A DNA stretch of 64,000 bases from Syntrophaceae bacterium UBA7520 (GTDB lineage: Bacteria; Desulfobacterota; Syntrophia; Syntrophales; Smithellaceae). The notes beneath the pieces are model-generated. The model had not been told where the DNA came from. It was given only the letters and a program-made list of their open reading frames with translations, and searched no databases. Shown here one piece after another: positions 29,518 to 38,990 of this stretch. The DNA is taken from positions 19,885 to 83,884 of the forward strand of contig DLNC01000015.1 of the NCBI GenBank assembly GCA_002478265.1. The letters are read 5' to 3'. Positions within the stretch are counted from its first letter, which is position 1; each line of letters begins with the position of its first letter. A program made the position numbers and the translations under genes.

Positions 29518-30030
29518 ATGTCCAGTGAGGCGGAAATCAAAAGCATCAACGATGATATTATCAGGCGCTTTGCAATAATCGAAAGCCGTCTGAAGGATTG
29601 CTCCGGTATAACCGCTTTTTTTGAGACACTGCTGGAGGGAGCGGAACAACAGTTTAAAATTCCCTTTGTCTGGCTGAGCTTGATAAATGAGGAAAAGAAT
29701 AATTCGTTAATCGCTAAAATCAAGGCGTCGCCAAAATTAAGAGAAAGACTAAATCTGGTTGAAAGAAATTTATGGGAAAATCTCGTTGTGCAAAGCGCCA
29801 AACCGCTTCTGGTTAACAGCAATCTGAAACCATACTTTAAATTATTTCCTGACGGGAAAAAATACTTCATCAAATCGATGGCGCTTGTGCCGCTGCAGAT
29901 AAACGGCGATATAATCGGTTGTTGGGTAAACGCGGACGCCAGGCAGGAACGTTATCAGCCGGCGATGCACACGGATATTTTGCAGAATTTTGCCGAATTT
30001 GTCAGCCGGCGTTTGTCAGAGTTTTCCTGA
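29518..30030 (+). CDS. DUF484-like (GAF-like fold) protein
   Basis: Pattern SMALVPLQINGDIIGCWVNADARQERYQPAMHTDILQNFAEFVSRRL resembles the DUF484/YigA family as I recall it. ATG at 29518 has a GAGG SD at 9 nt. Confidence 0.5.
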   Translation: MSSEAEIKSINDDIIRRFAIIESRLKDCSGITAFFETLLEGAEQQFKIPFVWLSLINEEKNNSLIAKIKASPKLRERLNLVERNLWENLVVQSAKPLLVNSNLKPYFKLFPDGKKYFIKSMALVPLQINGDIIGCWVNADARQERYQPAMHTDILQNFAEFVSRRLSEFS

Positions 30031-30042
30031 ATAATAAAAGGT

Positions 30043-30073
30043 AAAAACCCCGCCAGAACTGCACGGGGTTTTT
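30043..30073. terminator. bidirectional rho-independent terminator between convergent genes
   Basis: aaaaaccccg (30043-30052) / cggggttttt (30064-30073) hairpin, flanked by an A-run and a T-run. Confidence 0.6.
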
Positions 30074-30098
30074 AAGGATATAGATAGAAGGAGAGGGG

Positions 30099-30374
30099 TT
30101 AGTTTATTAAAGTTTTCAGAGCGTCGACTACCGGACCGGTGAAAAGGGCGACCAGCACTGCATAGAGGGCAAACGATCCGATGGCTTCGCTGAGATACAA
30201 TCCCGTATACTTTCTTTTCAGAGAAACAATAATCAAACCGCCGATGATCAGGCAGCCCAGATGAAAGAACGGGAAAGCGCCGCCGCCGGCAACCGCGTAT
30301 TCCGCGTAGCTGAAGGATGCTGTGGCGAAAATTACAAAAGCCGCTAAAAAAGTGGTTGGCATCATTTTTTTCAT
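30099..30374 (-). CDS. small membrane protein, paralog family member 2 (signal peptide + 2 TM)
   Basis: 91 aa, 53/91 identical to 16796-17071; shares AEYA.AG.GAFP.F.LGCL..GGLI.VSLKRKY....EA.G.FALY.VL.ALFT.P. Confidence 0.6.
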   Translation of the reverse strand: MKKMMPTTFLAAFVIFATASFSYAEYAVAGGGAFPFFHLGCLIIGGLIIVSLKRKYTGLYLSEAIGSFALYAVLVALFTGPVVDALKTLIN

Positions 30375-30592
30375 AACCTCTCGACCTCCTTTTCCTTTCT
30401 TTTTTCTTTCTCAATCCTCTTTGGTTACTAATACATGGAAAAAGTATGCCAAGTTTAACGCCGGTCAGTAAATAATTGTAAGTGTATAATTATATTGAAG
30501 TAAAACAGATATTACCTGAGCAGACCGGGTAAATATCGCAATCAAAGCGTTTAATGAAACATTAAATAACACGAAGAGATAGAAAGAAATAT

Positions 30593-31843
30593 TTAATAAC
30601 GCTTCCCGGAGGCACGGTCTTTTTTCAGGGTCAGAATAATCACGCAGGTGAACGCCAGGATAGCGGTATTGATAAGCCAGAGGTATTTGTAAGAGCCGAA
30701 GGTGTCGTAAATGATGCCTCCCAGTATCGGTCCCAGACTGCCGATGAAACCCACAAAAAAAGTCAAAAGACCGTAAATCGAGCCGAGAACATGTCGCCCA
30801 AAGCGGTCGACGGTCAGTATCGGCAATATCGGGGCCAGGCATCCGTAACCAAAACCGTAGATGACGGCAAACAGGTAGAGACGGCCGATGCTGTCGGTGT
30901 AATTAAGAATAATCATACCGGCCAGCAGAAAACATATACCTAAAAAATAGGCGTATTTGGGATCGCGCAGACGGTCGGAAAACCAGCCGAAAAAAAACTG
31001 ACCGATAAAACCGGTAATGCTTACCGCCGCCAGAGAGCTTGCCGCCGCCACGCTGTCAATTTTATTGGCTATGGCAAAAGCCACCTGATGCACAAAGACG
31101 GACATAATCACCATGACCAGCAGGCTCTGGCTGAGGGCGATTGTCCAGAAGCGGGAATCGGCAAAAAGGCTTTTGAGCGCAATTTTTGATACAATCGGCG
31201 CAGCGCATTCCTGGCTGCCAATTGAAATTTTATCGCCGTCGGGCAGAAGCCCGTAATCCTCAGGCCGGGTTTTACGCATCAGAAATTGAGAAACAGCAAC
31301 GCCGACAATTAAAACAATCATTCCTAATATAAACATGCCGACGCGCCAGCTGAAATATTTTCCCAAAAATCCCGCGAGCGGTGTCAGTGTCATTGTGCCG
31401 AAACTGATGCCCATGGTGGCGACTCCCAAGGCCAGGCCGCGCATCTTGATGAACCACTTTCCTACGGAGGAACTGCAAATGACGACGCCCATTCCGGTCG
31501 CGCCCATGCCCACGAGCAGGCCGTAAGTCAGATAAAGAGAGGCAGGTGAGTTGACAAAGCCGGTCAGCATAAATCCGGTGGCGGCGCAGATTGCGCCCGC
31601 GGTCATAATCCAGCGCGGCGCGATGCGATCGAGCATGCGTCCGACAAATATCGCGCCAATTGAATAGACAAGCATATTGATCGTCGCGGCCAGAGATATG
31701 ACCGAGCGGGACCAGCCGTGCTCCAGATAAAGAGGTTTGACGAAAATGCCAAAACAATAGCGGGCGCCGTAATTTACCGCCATAACCAGGAAAGCGCCCG
31801 CTACAATATACCAACCCCAGAATATATCGCCTTTTTTCCGCAT
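30593..31843 (-). CDS. MFS transporter (oxalate/formate antiporter-like subfamily)
   Basis: 12-TM protein with N-terminal WYIVAGAFLVMAVNYGARYCFGIF and the VGRMLDRIAPRW loop motif. Confidence 0.85.
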   Translation of the reverse strand: MRKKGDIFWGWYIVAGAFLVMAVNYGARYCFGIFVKPLYLEHGWSRSVISLAATINMLVYSIGAIFVGRMLDRIAPRWIMTAGAICAATGFMLTGFVNSPASLYLTYGLLVGMGATGMGVVICSSSVGKWFIKMRGLALGVATMGISFGTMTLTPLAGFLGKYFSWRVGMFILGMIVLIVGVAVSQFLMRKTRPEDYGLLPDGDKISIGSQECAAPIVSKIALKSLFADSRFWTIALSQSLLVMVIMSVFVHQVAFAIANKIDSVAAASSLAAVSITGFIGQFFFGWFSDRLRDPKYAYFLGICFLLAGMIILNYTDSIGRLYLFAVIYGFGYGCLAPILPILTVDRFGRHVLGSIYGLLTFFVGFIGSLGPILGGIIYDTFGSYKYLWLINTAILAFTCVIILTLKKDRASGKRY

Positions 31844-31901
31844 ATTAAGTAATGTGCGCTTCCTTTACCATTAAATTTGTTTGTGGTAAAACAAAATTCT
31901 C

Positions 31902-33992
31902 ATGCGCGCAAAATACAGTCATCAAGGAAAATTATTTAAAGACAAGCGGCAGTTCGCCCGGCGTAAAACGTCCAAGAGTCAGACACCGGCGCGCATGAAA
32001 CCCGAGATCGCGCCGGCGCTCAAAAGCGTGCTGGCCGGCATCGGCAGGCCGGTAGCGGCGCCTTTTGTGCCGGATGACTTCCAGTTGCGCGCCCTGGAAC
32101 AGATCAAAAAAAACGATTGTCTGGTCATCGCGCCTACCGGCTCGGGCAAAACTTGGATTGCGCGCGAAGCGATAGTCTCAACAATTGAAAAAGGCGGGCG
32201 CGCTTGGTACGCCTCGCCGCTTAAGGCTCTTTCCAATTCCAAATGGCTGGAGTTCGGCCTGCATTTTGACGCGCAGAATGTCGGCATTATTACCGGTGAC
32301 ACCAAGGAGAACACGGAAGCGCCCATTATTGTCGGCACGACGGAGATACTGCGCAATCAGCTTTACGACGCGATGCATCAGGGGCTGGATCTAAATTTTG
32401 ACCTGGTAATTCTGGACGAAGCGCATTTTTTAGGCGATCCAGACCGGGGTGTTGTGTGGGAAGAGATTATGATTTATTTGCCGGCGCGGGTGAACCTTTT
32501 GCTCTTGTCCGCCACGATCGGCAACGGCGAGGAAATCGCCGGCTGGCTGGAATCAATCCGCGGCAAAAAGTGCGCGGTGATACGGGAAGAAAAACGCCCT
32601 GTTCCTTTATATCCGCTGTTTCTGCACCCCAGCGGCTGCATTTTTCCTTTTCTGGAAGGAGAAGGTAAAAGGGTGACACCCGCGGTTGTTGAGTTTCTCA
32701 AAGACAATAAATCAACGCGGCGTGCCGGACGAAGCATGCCGGACTACGCGGGAATAATCCGTGTGCTGGAAGGATTCAATCTGCTTCCGGCTATTTTCTT
32801 TTTAAAATCCCGCGCGGAATGCGATACCGCGCTCAACTGCCGCAAGTCACTGACGCCGCTTAATAATCATGAAAAGCTCAATAATGATTTGGCGGAAATG
32901 CTTTACCGTTTTCCTTATCTGGAAAAGCACCGCCAGCTGAAAGCTTTAAAGTCAGCGGGAATTGCCGCGCATCACGGCGGCCAACTGCCCGCATGGAAAC
33001 TATTGGTGGAAGAAATGATGAGCAGGGGTAATCTGCGCGTGATCTTCGCCACATCGACAATTGCCGCAGGCGTTAACTTTCCGGCGCGCACCATCGTGCT
33101 TTTTAATTCCGATTTATTCAACGGGCATGATTTTTCTCCGCTGACCGCGACGGAATTCCGGCAGATGACGGGTAGGGCGGGCCGGCGCGGCCAGGATAAA
33201 ATAGGTTTTATGCTCACGGTCGCCGGCAAGTTCATGGATCTGGCGCACATCAAGCGCATGCTTTTTTCCGCGCCGGAAGATATCGAAAGCCGGATAAAAA
33301 ACGATTTTGCCATGGTATTGAATCTGCTTTTGTCACAGACGCCTGATGACGTAAAAAAGATTTTTGACAAATCCTTCGCGGCCTATCAGCAGGACCGGCG
33401 CAAAGACGCCTCGGCCTCGGCTTCAAAACTATGGCATGATTTTTTACGGCATCTGCGCTTTCTCAGGCAGGAAGGATTTGTTGATGATTCGGGGCGGCTG
33501 ACCGAAGACGGACATTGGGCAACCCGCCTGCGTCTTGATTATCCGCTCTTGGTCGCGCAGTGCCTGAGGGAAAATATTTTTCCCCAGGACGATGAAAAGA
33601 TGCTGGCGGCGATCGTGGCAGTATTCGCTTATGACCGCGATGATGAAATAAACATTGTTATTAAGGATATGCCGCCGCGCCTGCATTCATCATTGCGTAA
33701 AATTAATCTGGCGCTTAAGCCGCTGATACAAAGGCTGCGGACAGCCGGCTTTGCGACGGCAAAGTTTTATCCCTCGCCAGGTGTCGCCATGCATTTCTGG
33801 GCACAGGGGCGGGCCTGGGATGAAGTGGTAAAATTGACCGGCATTGCCGAAGGAGATATGGCCACACTGGTTTTGCGCACGGCTGATAATTTGCGCCAGA
33901 TTGCCTCGCTTAAGGACACTCATCCGGTAATCGCCGCCTGCGCGCAAAAAGCCAGGGAATTGATATTGAGGGAGCCGGTGTTGTTTTTATAG
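31902..33992 (+). CDS. Ski2/HelY-like DEAD/DEAH-box helicase
   Basis: Motif I APTGSGKT, motif II DEAH, LLSATIGN, FATSTIAAGVNFPART, QMTGRAGRRGQD. C-terminal region is DSHCT-like (GFVDDSGRLTEDG). Confidence 0.85.
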   Translation: MRAKYSHQGKLFKDKRQFARRKTSKSQTPARMKPEIAPALKSVLAGIGRPVAAPFVPDDFQLRALEQIKKNDCLVIAPTGSGKTWIAREAIVSTIEKGGRAWYASPLKALSNSKWLEFGLHFDAQNVGIITGDTKENTEAPIIVGTTEILRNQLYDAMHQGLDLNFDLVILDEAHFLGDPDRGVVWEEIMIYLPARVNLLLLSATIGNGEEIAGWLESIRGKKCAVIREEKRPVPLYPLFLHPSGCIFPFLEGEGKRVTPAVVEFLKDNKSTRRAGRSMPDYAGIIRVLEGFNLLPAIFFLKSRAECDTALNCRKSLTPLNNHEKLNNDLAEMLYRFPYLEKHRQLKALKSAGIAAHHGGQLPAWKLLVEEMMSRGNLRVIFATSTIAAGVNFPARTIVLFNSDLFNGHDFSPLTATEFRQMTGRAGRRGQDKIGFMLTVAGKFMDLAHIKRMLFSAPEDIESRIKNDFAMVLNLLLSQTPDDVKKIFDKSFAAYQQDRRKDASASASKLWHDFLRHLRFLRQEGFVDDSGRLTEDGHWATRLRLDYPLLVAQCLRENIFPQDDEKMLAAIVAVFAYDRDDEINIVIKDMPPRLHSSLRKINLALKPLIQRLRTAGFATAKFYPSPGVAMHFWAQGRAWDEVVKLTGIAEGDMATLVLRTADNLRQIASLKDTHPVIAACAQKARELILREPVLFL

Positions 33993-34078
33993 TGATTATA
34001 GGCCGATGGCTCAAAGCCAAAGGCTGGAGGTAAATACGGGTAATACGGAAGATCTCCATTATAAAAGAGAAGACATTC

Positions 34079-36073
34079 ATGGGTAAATTTTTGATGAAAA
34101 CAGATTTTGTGCCGAGCGGTGACCAGCCCAAGGCGATCCATGAGCTGTCGGCAGGATTGAAAGAGGGTAAAGAGCATCAGGTGCTTCTGGGAGTTACCGG
34201 ATCGGGCAAGACATTTACCATTGCCCATGTTATTGAGAAGGCGCAGCGTCCCGCGCTGATTATCGCGCACAACAAAACCCTAGCCGCACAGCTCTACGAA
34301 GAATTCAAAAGTCTTTTTCCGGATAACGCCGTGGAATATTTTGTCAGCTATTATGATTATTATCAGCCCGAAGCGTATCTGCCGGCAACAGACACCTATA
34401 TCGAAAAGGATTCCGCCATCAATGAGGAAATTGACAAACTAAGGCATGCCGCGACTTACGCGCTTTTAACGCGCCGCGATGTCATCATTGTCGCCAGTGT
34501 TTCGTGTATCTACGGTTTGGGCTCGCCTGAGGCCTACAGGGGCATGCTTATTCAGCTGGAAGAGGGCATGGAATATCCGCGTGAGGAAATGCTCAAAAGA
34601 CTCGTGGAAATTCAGTATGAAAGAAACGATGTAGATTTCCACCGCGGCACGTTCCGGGTGCGCGGTGACGTGGTGGAAATATTTCCCGCCTACGAAGGCG
34701 AGCAGGCGCTGCGCGTGGAATTTTTCGGAGATAATGTCGAATCAATTAATATTATCGATCCTCTGCGCGGCAGAAAACTGGGCACGCTTGCCAAAACCGC
34801 CATTTATCCGGGCAGTCATTATGTCACTACACGTGAGAATCTGGACAGGGCCATTGCCGCCATCCGCGCCGAACTTGCGCATACATTGGCGGAACTTAAA
34901 GAGCAAAATAAATTACTGGAACATCAGCGGCTCGAGCAGCGCACAAACTATGATTTGGAAATGATGCAGGAGATGGGTTATTGCCAGGGTATTGAGAATT
35001 ATTCACGTCATCTGACCGGGCGCAAGCCTGGTGAGCCGCCGCCCACGTTAATGGAATATCTGCCTGCCGACGCGTTGATTATAATTGATGAAAGTCATGC
35101 CACGCTGCCGCAACTGGCGGGCATGTTTCGCGGCGACCGTTCGCGCAAAGAAACTCTTGTGAAATACGGCTTTCGCCTGCCTTCAGCTCTTGATAACCGG
35201 CCTCTCACTTTTGATGAGTATGAGGCGCTGAAAAATCAGCGGATATATGTTTCCGCCACTCCCGCTCAATATGAAATGGAAAAGGCGCGCGGCGTGCGCG
35301 TGGAGCAGATTATCCGGCCGACGGGTTTGATGGATCCGGAAGTGGAAGTAAAGCCAGCACGTTATCAGGTGGATGATTTGCTGGAGGAAATCCGCCAACG
35401 CGTTGAAAAAAAAGAGCGTGTGCTGGTAACGACTCTGACCAAACGCATGGCGGAAAACCTGACCGATTATTACAGCGGCATGGGCATCCGCGTGCGTTAT
35501 TTGCATTCGGATATCCAGACACTGGAACGCGTCAGTATTATCCGCGATTTGCGCCTGGGTGAATTCGACGTGCTTGTCGGCGTCAACCTTCTGCGTGAAG
35601 GATTGGATATTCCCGAGGTGTCACTGGTGGCGATCCTGGACGCAGACAAGGAAGGATTCCTGCGCTCCGAGCGCTCATTAATTCAGACGAGCGGGCGCGC
35701 CGCGCGCAATATCAACGGCAAAGTAATCATGTATGCCGACAAAATAACCAAGTCCATTCAGGCCTGTCTTGACGAGACGAGACGCCGCCGTTCCATACAG
35801 GAAAAGTTCAACAGAGATAACAATATCACCCCGGAGTCAATTGTGAAGTCCATCAGCAATGTCCTGAGTTCAATTTACGAGGTGGATTACGTGACTGTGC
35901 CTGTGGATAAAAAAGCAAATATTGAGATGACTGAAGAAGAGGACATCGAGGCGCTGATAAAAAAACTCACCACGGAGATGAAACAGGCGGCAAAAAATCT
36001 TGAGTTTGAAAAAGCCGCCGACCTGCGTGACCAGATAAAGGACTTGAACAATATACTTTTGCAGATGGGCTGA
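34079..36073 (+). CDS. uvrB: excinuclease ABC subunit B
   Basis: [23 protein letters not shown], and a C-terminal UVR domain ([13 protein letters not shown]). Confidence 0.97.
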   Translation: MGKFLMKTDFVPSGDQPKAIHELSAGLKEGKEHQVLLGVTGSGKTFTIAHVIEKAQRPALIIAHNKTLAAQLYEEFKSLFPDNAVEYFVSYYDYYQPEAYLPATDTYIEKDSAINEEIDKLRHAATYALLTRRDVIIVASVSCIYGLGSPEAYRGMLIQLEEGMEYPREEMLKRLVEIQYERNDVDFHRGTFRVRGDVVEIFPAYEGEQALRVEFFGDNVESINIIDPLRGRKLGTLAKTAIYPGSHYVTTRENLDRAIAAIRAELAHTLAELKEQNKLLEHQRLEQRTNYDLEMMQEMGYCQGIENYSRHLTGRKPGEPPPTLMEYLPADALIIIDESHATLPQLAGMFRGDRSRKETLVKYGFRLPSALDNRPLTFDEYEALKNQRIYVSATPAQYEMEKARGVRVEQIIRPTGLMDPEVEVKPARYQVDDLLEEIRQRVEKKERVLVTTLTKRMAENLTDYYSGMGIRVRYLHSDIQTLERVSIIRDLRLGEFDVLVGVNLLREGLDIPEVSLVAILDADKEGFLRSERSLIQTSGRAARNINGKVIMYADKITKSIQACLDETRRRRSIQEKFNRDNNITPESIVKSISNVLSSIYEVDYVTVPVDKKANIEMTEEEDIEALIKKLTTEMKQAAKNLEFEKAADLRDQIKDLNNILLQMG

Positions 36074-36218
36074 TGTTATCACGCGCCGCTCGCCACATTT
36101 TGTCTGGTTGCCGCATAAAACCGTAAAAACATAAAAATTAGTTAAAACTAAACTTGATAAGTTTATATAAAAATAATATGAAAGCTGCCGATAATATAGC
36201 GGGGATGGAAAATATTTT

Positions 36219-36629
36219 ATGAAAAAATTAAAACGCATCTATTGGGAAACAAAGTATAGCGTTTATGATGATAACCTTGACCGCCAGCATCAATATCTTT
36301 TTGAAATCACAAATCAGATGATTGATGAATATGAGGAGGGAAAAGATGATTGCCGCGAGATACTTGCGAAATTAGTCAGCTATATATCAGAGCACTTTAA
36401 AGCAGAGCAGCATGTCATGATGAAAATGCGTTTCTGGGCGTATGATAAGCATGAGAAAGAGCATCAGAAATTCATAGAAAAAGTGGAAGAATTTATAAAC
36501 GCATGCAGGGAAAATCCGGAAGGTATAAACTTTGAAATTTTGTCTTTTTTGCAAGATTGGCTGTCAACGCATATAGCTAATTATGATCTGAAATACGGAG
36601 AACTACTGAAGATATCCCGGCGTTTGTGA
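36219..36629 (+). CDS. hemerythrin-like (bacteriohemerythrin) metal-binding protein
   Basis: LDRQHQYLF, HFKAEQHVM, YDKHEKEHQKF, WLSTHIANYDLKY: the His/Glu/Asp spacing of the hemerythrin HHE four-helix bundle. Confidence 0.75.
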   Translation: MKKLKRIYWETKYSVYDDNLDRQHQYLFEITNQMIDEYEEGKDDCREILAKLVSYISEHFKAEQHVMMKMRFWAYDKHEKEHQKFIEKVEEFINACRENPEGINFEILSFLQDWLSTHIANYDLKYGELLKISRRL

Positions 36630-36644
36630 TAAATTAATATTATC

Positions 36645-36674
36645 TTGACAGGAAAAACTAAAAGTTCTTATACT
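36645..36674 (+). promoter_or_regulatory. sigma-70-type promoter upstream of the SWIB gene
   Basis: TTGACA (36645-36650), N18 spacer, TATACT (36669-36674). Confidence 0.4.
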
Positions 36675-36728
36675 CGCGCGAATTTTGGGCTTCGAAAAAA
36701 ACAATATAAATAAAAGGAGGAAATGGGT

Positions 36729-37055
36729 ATGGCAGAAGCGAAGGGATTGGATAAACCGGTAAAGTTAAAGGCGGATCTAGCGGAATTTTTGGGGGCCAGC
36801 TCGCTTCCTCGCACGGAGATAACAAAAAAACTTTGGGATTACATCAAAGCCAACGGGTTACAGACAAAAACACAAAACGGCAAACCGGAAAACGCGGGTA
36901 AATTTATTGTTGCCGATGCGAAACTGATTAAGATATTTAAAAATACAAAAGTTACCAGCAAGACCGGAAAGTTGACCGATTTAAGCAATATGAAAGAGGG
37001 CGAAACGATCGATATGATGCAGATGGCGAGTGTTGTCAGCGCGAATATCGAATAA
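36729..37055 (+). CDS. SWIB/MDM2 domain protein
   Basis: LAEFLGASSLPRTEITKKLWDYIKANGLQ is the SWIB core. The AGGAGG SD sits 8 nt before ATG 36729; ATG 36723 is too close to the SD. Confidence 0.75.
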   Translation: MAEAKGLDKPVKLKADLAEFLGASSLPRTEITKKLWDYIKANGLQTKTQNGKPENAGKFIVADAKLIKIFKNTKVTSKTGKLTDLSNMKEGETIDMMQMASVVSANIE

Positions 37056-37081
37056 ATTAATTTACAGATTATTCCCAGGTA

Positions 37082-37112
37082 AAGGCAGGCCTAAAGCCCT
37101 GCCTTTTTTATT
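37082..37112 (+). terminator. rho-independent terminator after the SWIB gene
   Basis: aaggcagg (37082-37089) / cctgcctt (37098-37105) followed by a T-run. Confidence 0.65.
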
Positions 37113-37238
37113 TAAAATATCTCGCGGTTTTTTGGGCATGTTACTTATTGCATGCTAATATTAAATTGACAGCTAAGTGTATTATTCATATACTTAAAAA
37201 AAGGCGGAATTAAGCCAATTTAGTTGTTTGGATTGATT

Positions 37239-37613
37239 ATGTCGACAGCCGTTAAAATTGTTGTAGGGAAAACAATTTTATCAGGCAAACTGTTCGACAC
37301 CCTCTGCGCCCAAGCCATCATCAAGTCTTTGCCCATCAAGGCGCGTCCCAACGGGTGGGGCGACGAATTCTATTTTGAGATTCCCGTGGACATGCCGTCC
37401 GATAACACAGCAACAAAAAAAGTAAAGATAGGCGATATCGGTTATTGGCCGCCGGGCAAGGCGCTGGCCATATTTTTCGGCCCCACGCCCATGAGCACAT
37501 GTTCTGACCCTGTTCCCGCCGGCGAAGTAAATATAGTGGGGGAGATTCTTGATGACGCGTCCGTGCTGAGGCATGAAAAAGACGCGGACAATATCAGAAT
37601 TGAATCCGCATAA
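37239..37613 (+). CDS. cyclophilin-like fold protein (TM1367-like)
   Basis: Pattern ARPNGWGDEFYFEIPV...IGDIGYWPPGKALAIFFGPTP resembles the Cyclophil_like family as I recall it. ATG 37239 preferred over TTG 37224. Confidence 0.6.
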   Translation: MSTAVKIVVGKTILSGKLFDTLCAQAIIKSLPIKARPNGWGDEFYFEIPVDMPSDNTATKKVKIGDIGYWPPGKALAIFFGPTPMSTCSDPVPAGEVNIVGEILDDASVLRHEKDADNIRIESA

Positions 37614-37687
37614 AAGTTAAATCGTTCTCAAAAGCGTGTAAATATAATTAACAAAAAACCTTTAACAGAAAATAAGGAGAACGAGCT

Positions 37688-38926
37688 ATGAAAATCACCG
37701 AAATCGAACTTTACCACGTCCATATTCCCCTTAGACACACCTTTTGGCCGACCTGGATACCCGGCTATCCGCAGACGCATAATCGCTTTACGCTGATACG
37801 CTTGATCACTAACGAAGGCATTGAAGGCTGGTCTGCGGGCACCGCCATGGGGGAAGAGAGGCAGGGCCTGGGCGACCTTTTGGGAGGATACATCATTGGC
37901 GCCGACCCGCTGGATATCGACCGCATGCAGAACCTGCTTAAGCAAGCTGGTTTTCTGGGATGGCTCAACTACTGGATAGAGCCGGCCTGCTGGGACATTG
38001 CGGGAAAAGCCAAGGGCAAACCGGTGTATGAACTCTTGGGCGGTGAAGCTAGACCCATCGAGGCTTACTGTTCGTTTGGTGAATTGCATGAACCGGCAAA
38101 GCGCGTGGAAGAACTTTTGGCGATGAAGGAACGCGGATTTAAGACCTTCAAGCTGCGAGCGAAAGCCATAGAGTTTAAAGATGATGTCCGGCTCATCTCC
38201 CAAGTCAGAAAGGGCGTCGGTGACGATCCGATAATTGGTGTGGATGCAAATCAAGGCTGGCTGACTTCCATTGTCGACCGTGTGCCCGCGTGGGACCTCA
38301 AGCGCGCCACAGATTTCGCCAAAGCCTGCGCCGACAATAAAATAGCGTGGCTCGAAGAGCCGCTGGATTGGCACGATTACGACGGACTGGCCGCGCTTAA
38401 GAAAGTGTCGCCGGTTAAAATATCCGGCGCGGAACTTAATCATGGCTGGGACGAGATAAAGATTATGTTTGAAAAAGACTGTTTCCATGTTTACCAGCCG
38501 GACGCCACTTTTGCCGGAGGCATCGCACAGGTGAAACAGGTAATCGACGCCTGTCATCAGCACAAACGGGAATATTCTCCGCACACCTGGACCAACGGTA
38601 TCGGTTTTTATATTAACTGGAACATGGTGCTTGCGGATAAAGGCAACACGCACCCGCTGGAATATCCACTCGAAGAGCCATCCTGGGTGCCAGAGTTCCG
38701 TGAGGGAATTATCGATCCGATCATCCCCGATAAAAACGCCATGCTCAAGCCGTTCACGCGTCCGGGATTAGGCTTTGAAATAAATAAAAAATTGCTCAAA
38801 AAATACGGTAAAAGATTTTACCGCCAGACAGAAAAGGGCCTGGCCTTCAAAGTCATCCGCGAGAAAGGACTAAAAGCCGCGCTCGAGTTGAAGAAAAGAA
38901 AAGGTCAGGGGCAAGCTCAGAATTGA
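37688..38926 (+). CDS. enolase-superfamily enzyme (mandelate racemase / acid-sugar dehydratase-like)
   Basis: Capping domain MKITEIELYHVHIPL. Barrel with FKLRAK, metal ligands in GVDANQGW, WLEEPL and YQPD, followed by SPHTW His. Confidence 0.85.
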   Translation: MKITEIELYHVHIPLRHTFWPTWIPGYPQTHNRFTLIRLITNEGIEGWSAGTAMGEERQGLGDLLGGYIIGADPLDIDRMQNLLKQAGFLGWLNYWIEPACWDIAGKAKGKPVYELLGGEARPIEAYCSFGELHEPAKRVEELLAMKERGFKTFKLRAKAIEFKDDVRLISQVRKGVGDDPIIGVDANQGWLTSIVDRVPAWDLKRATDFAKACADNKIAWLEEPLDWHDYDGLAALKKVSPVKISGAELNHGWDEIKIMFEKDCFHVYQPDATFAGGIAQVKQVIDACHQHKREYSPHTWTNGIGFYINWNMVLADKGNTHPLEYPLEEPSWVPEFREGIIDPIIPDKNAMLKPFTRPGLGFEINKKLLKKYGKRFYRQTEKGLAFKVIREKGLKAALELKKRKGQGQAQN

Positions 38927-38990
38927 ATTATTTTAATAGTCAAAAATAGTCCGCTAAGGCGCCGGATGGGTATGGAGGCTCGGAAGAGAA

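Noticed and set aside
37628-38653. 341-aa ORF on the minus strand
   Set aside because: It is entirely antisense to the well-supported enolase-superfamily gene. It has no recognisable motifs or SD, and its composition is odd and Arg/Gly/Phe-rich. It is a shadow ORF.
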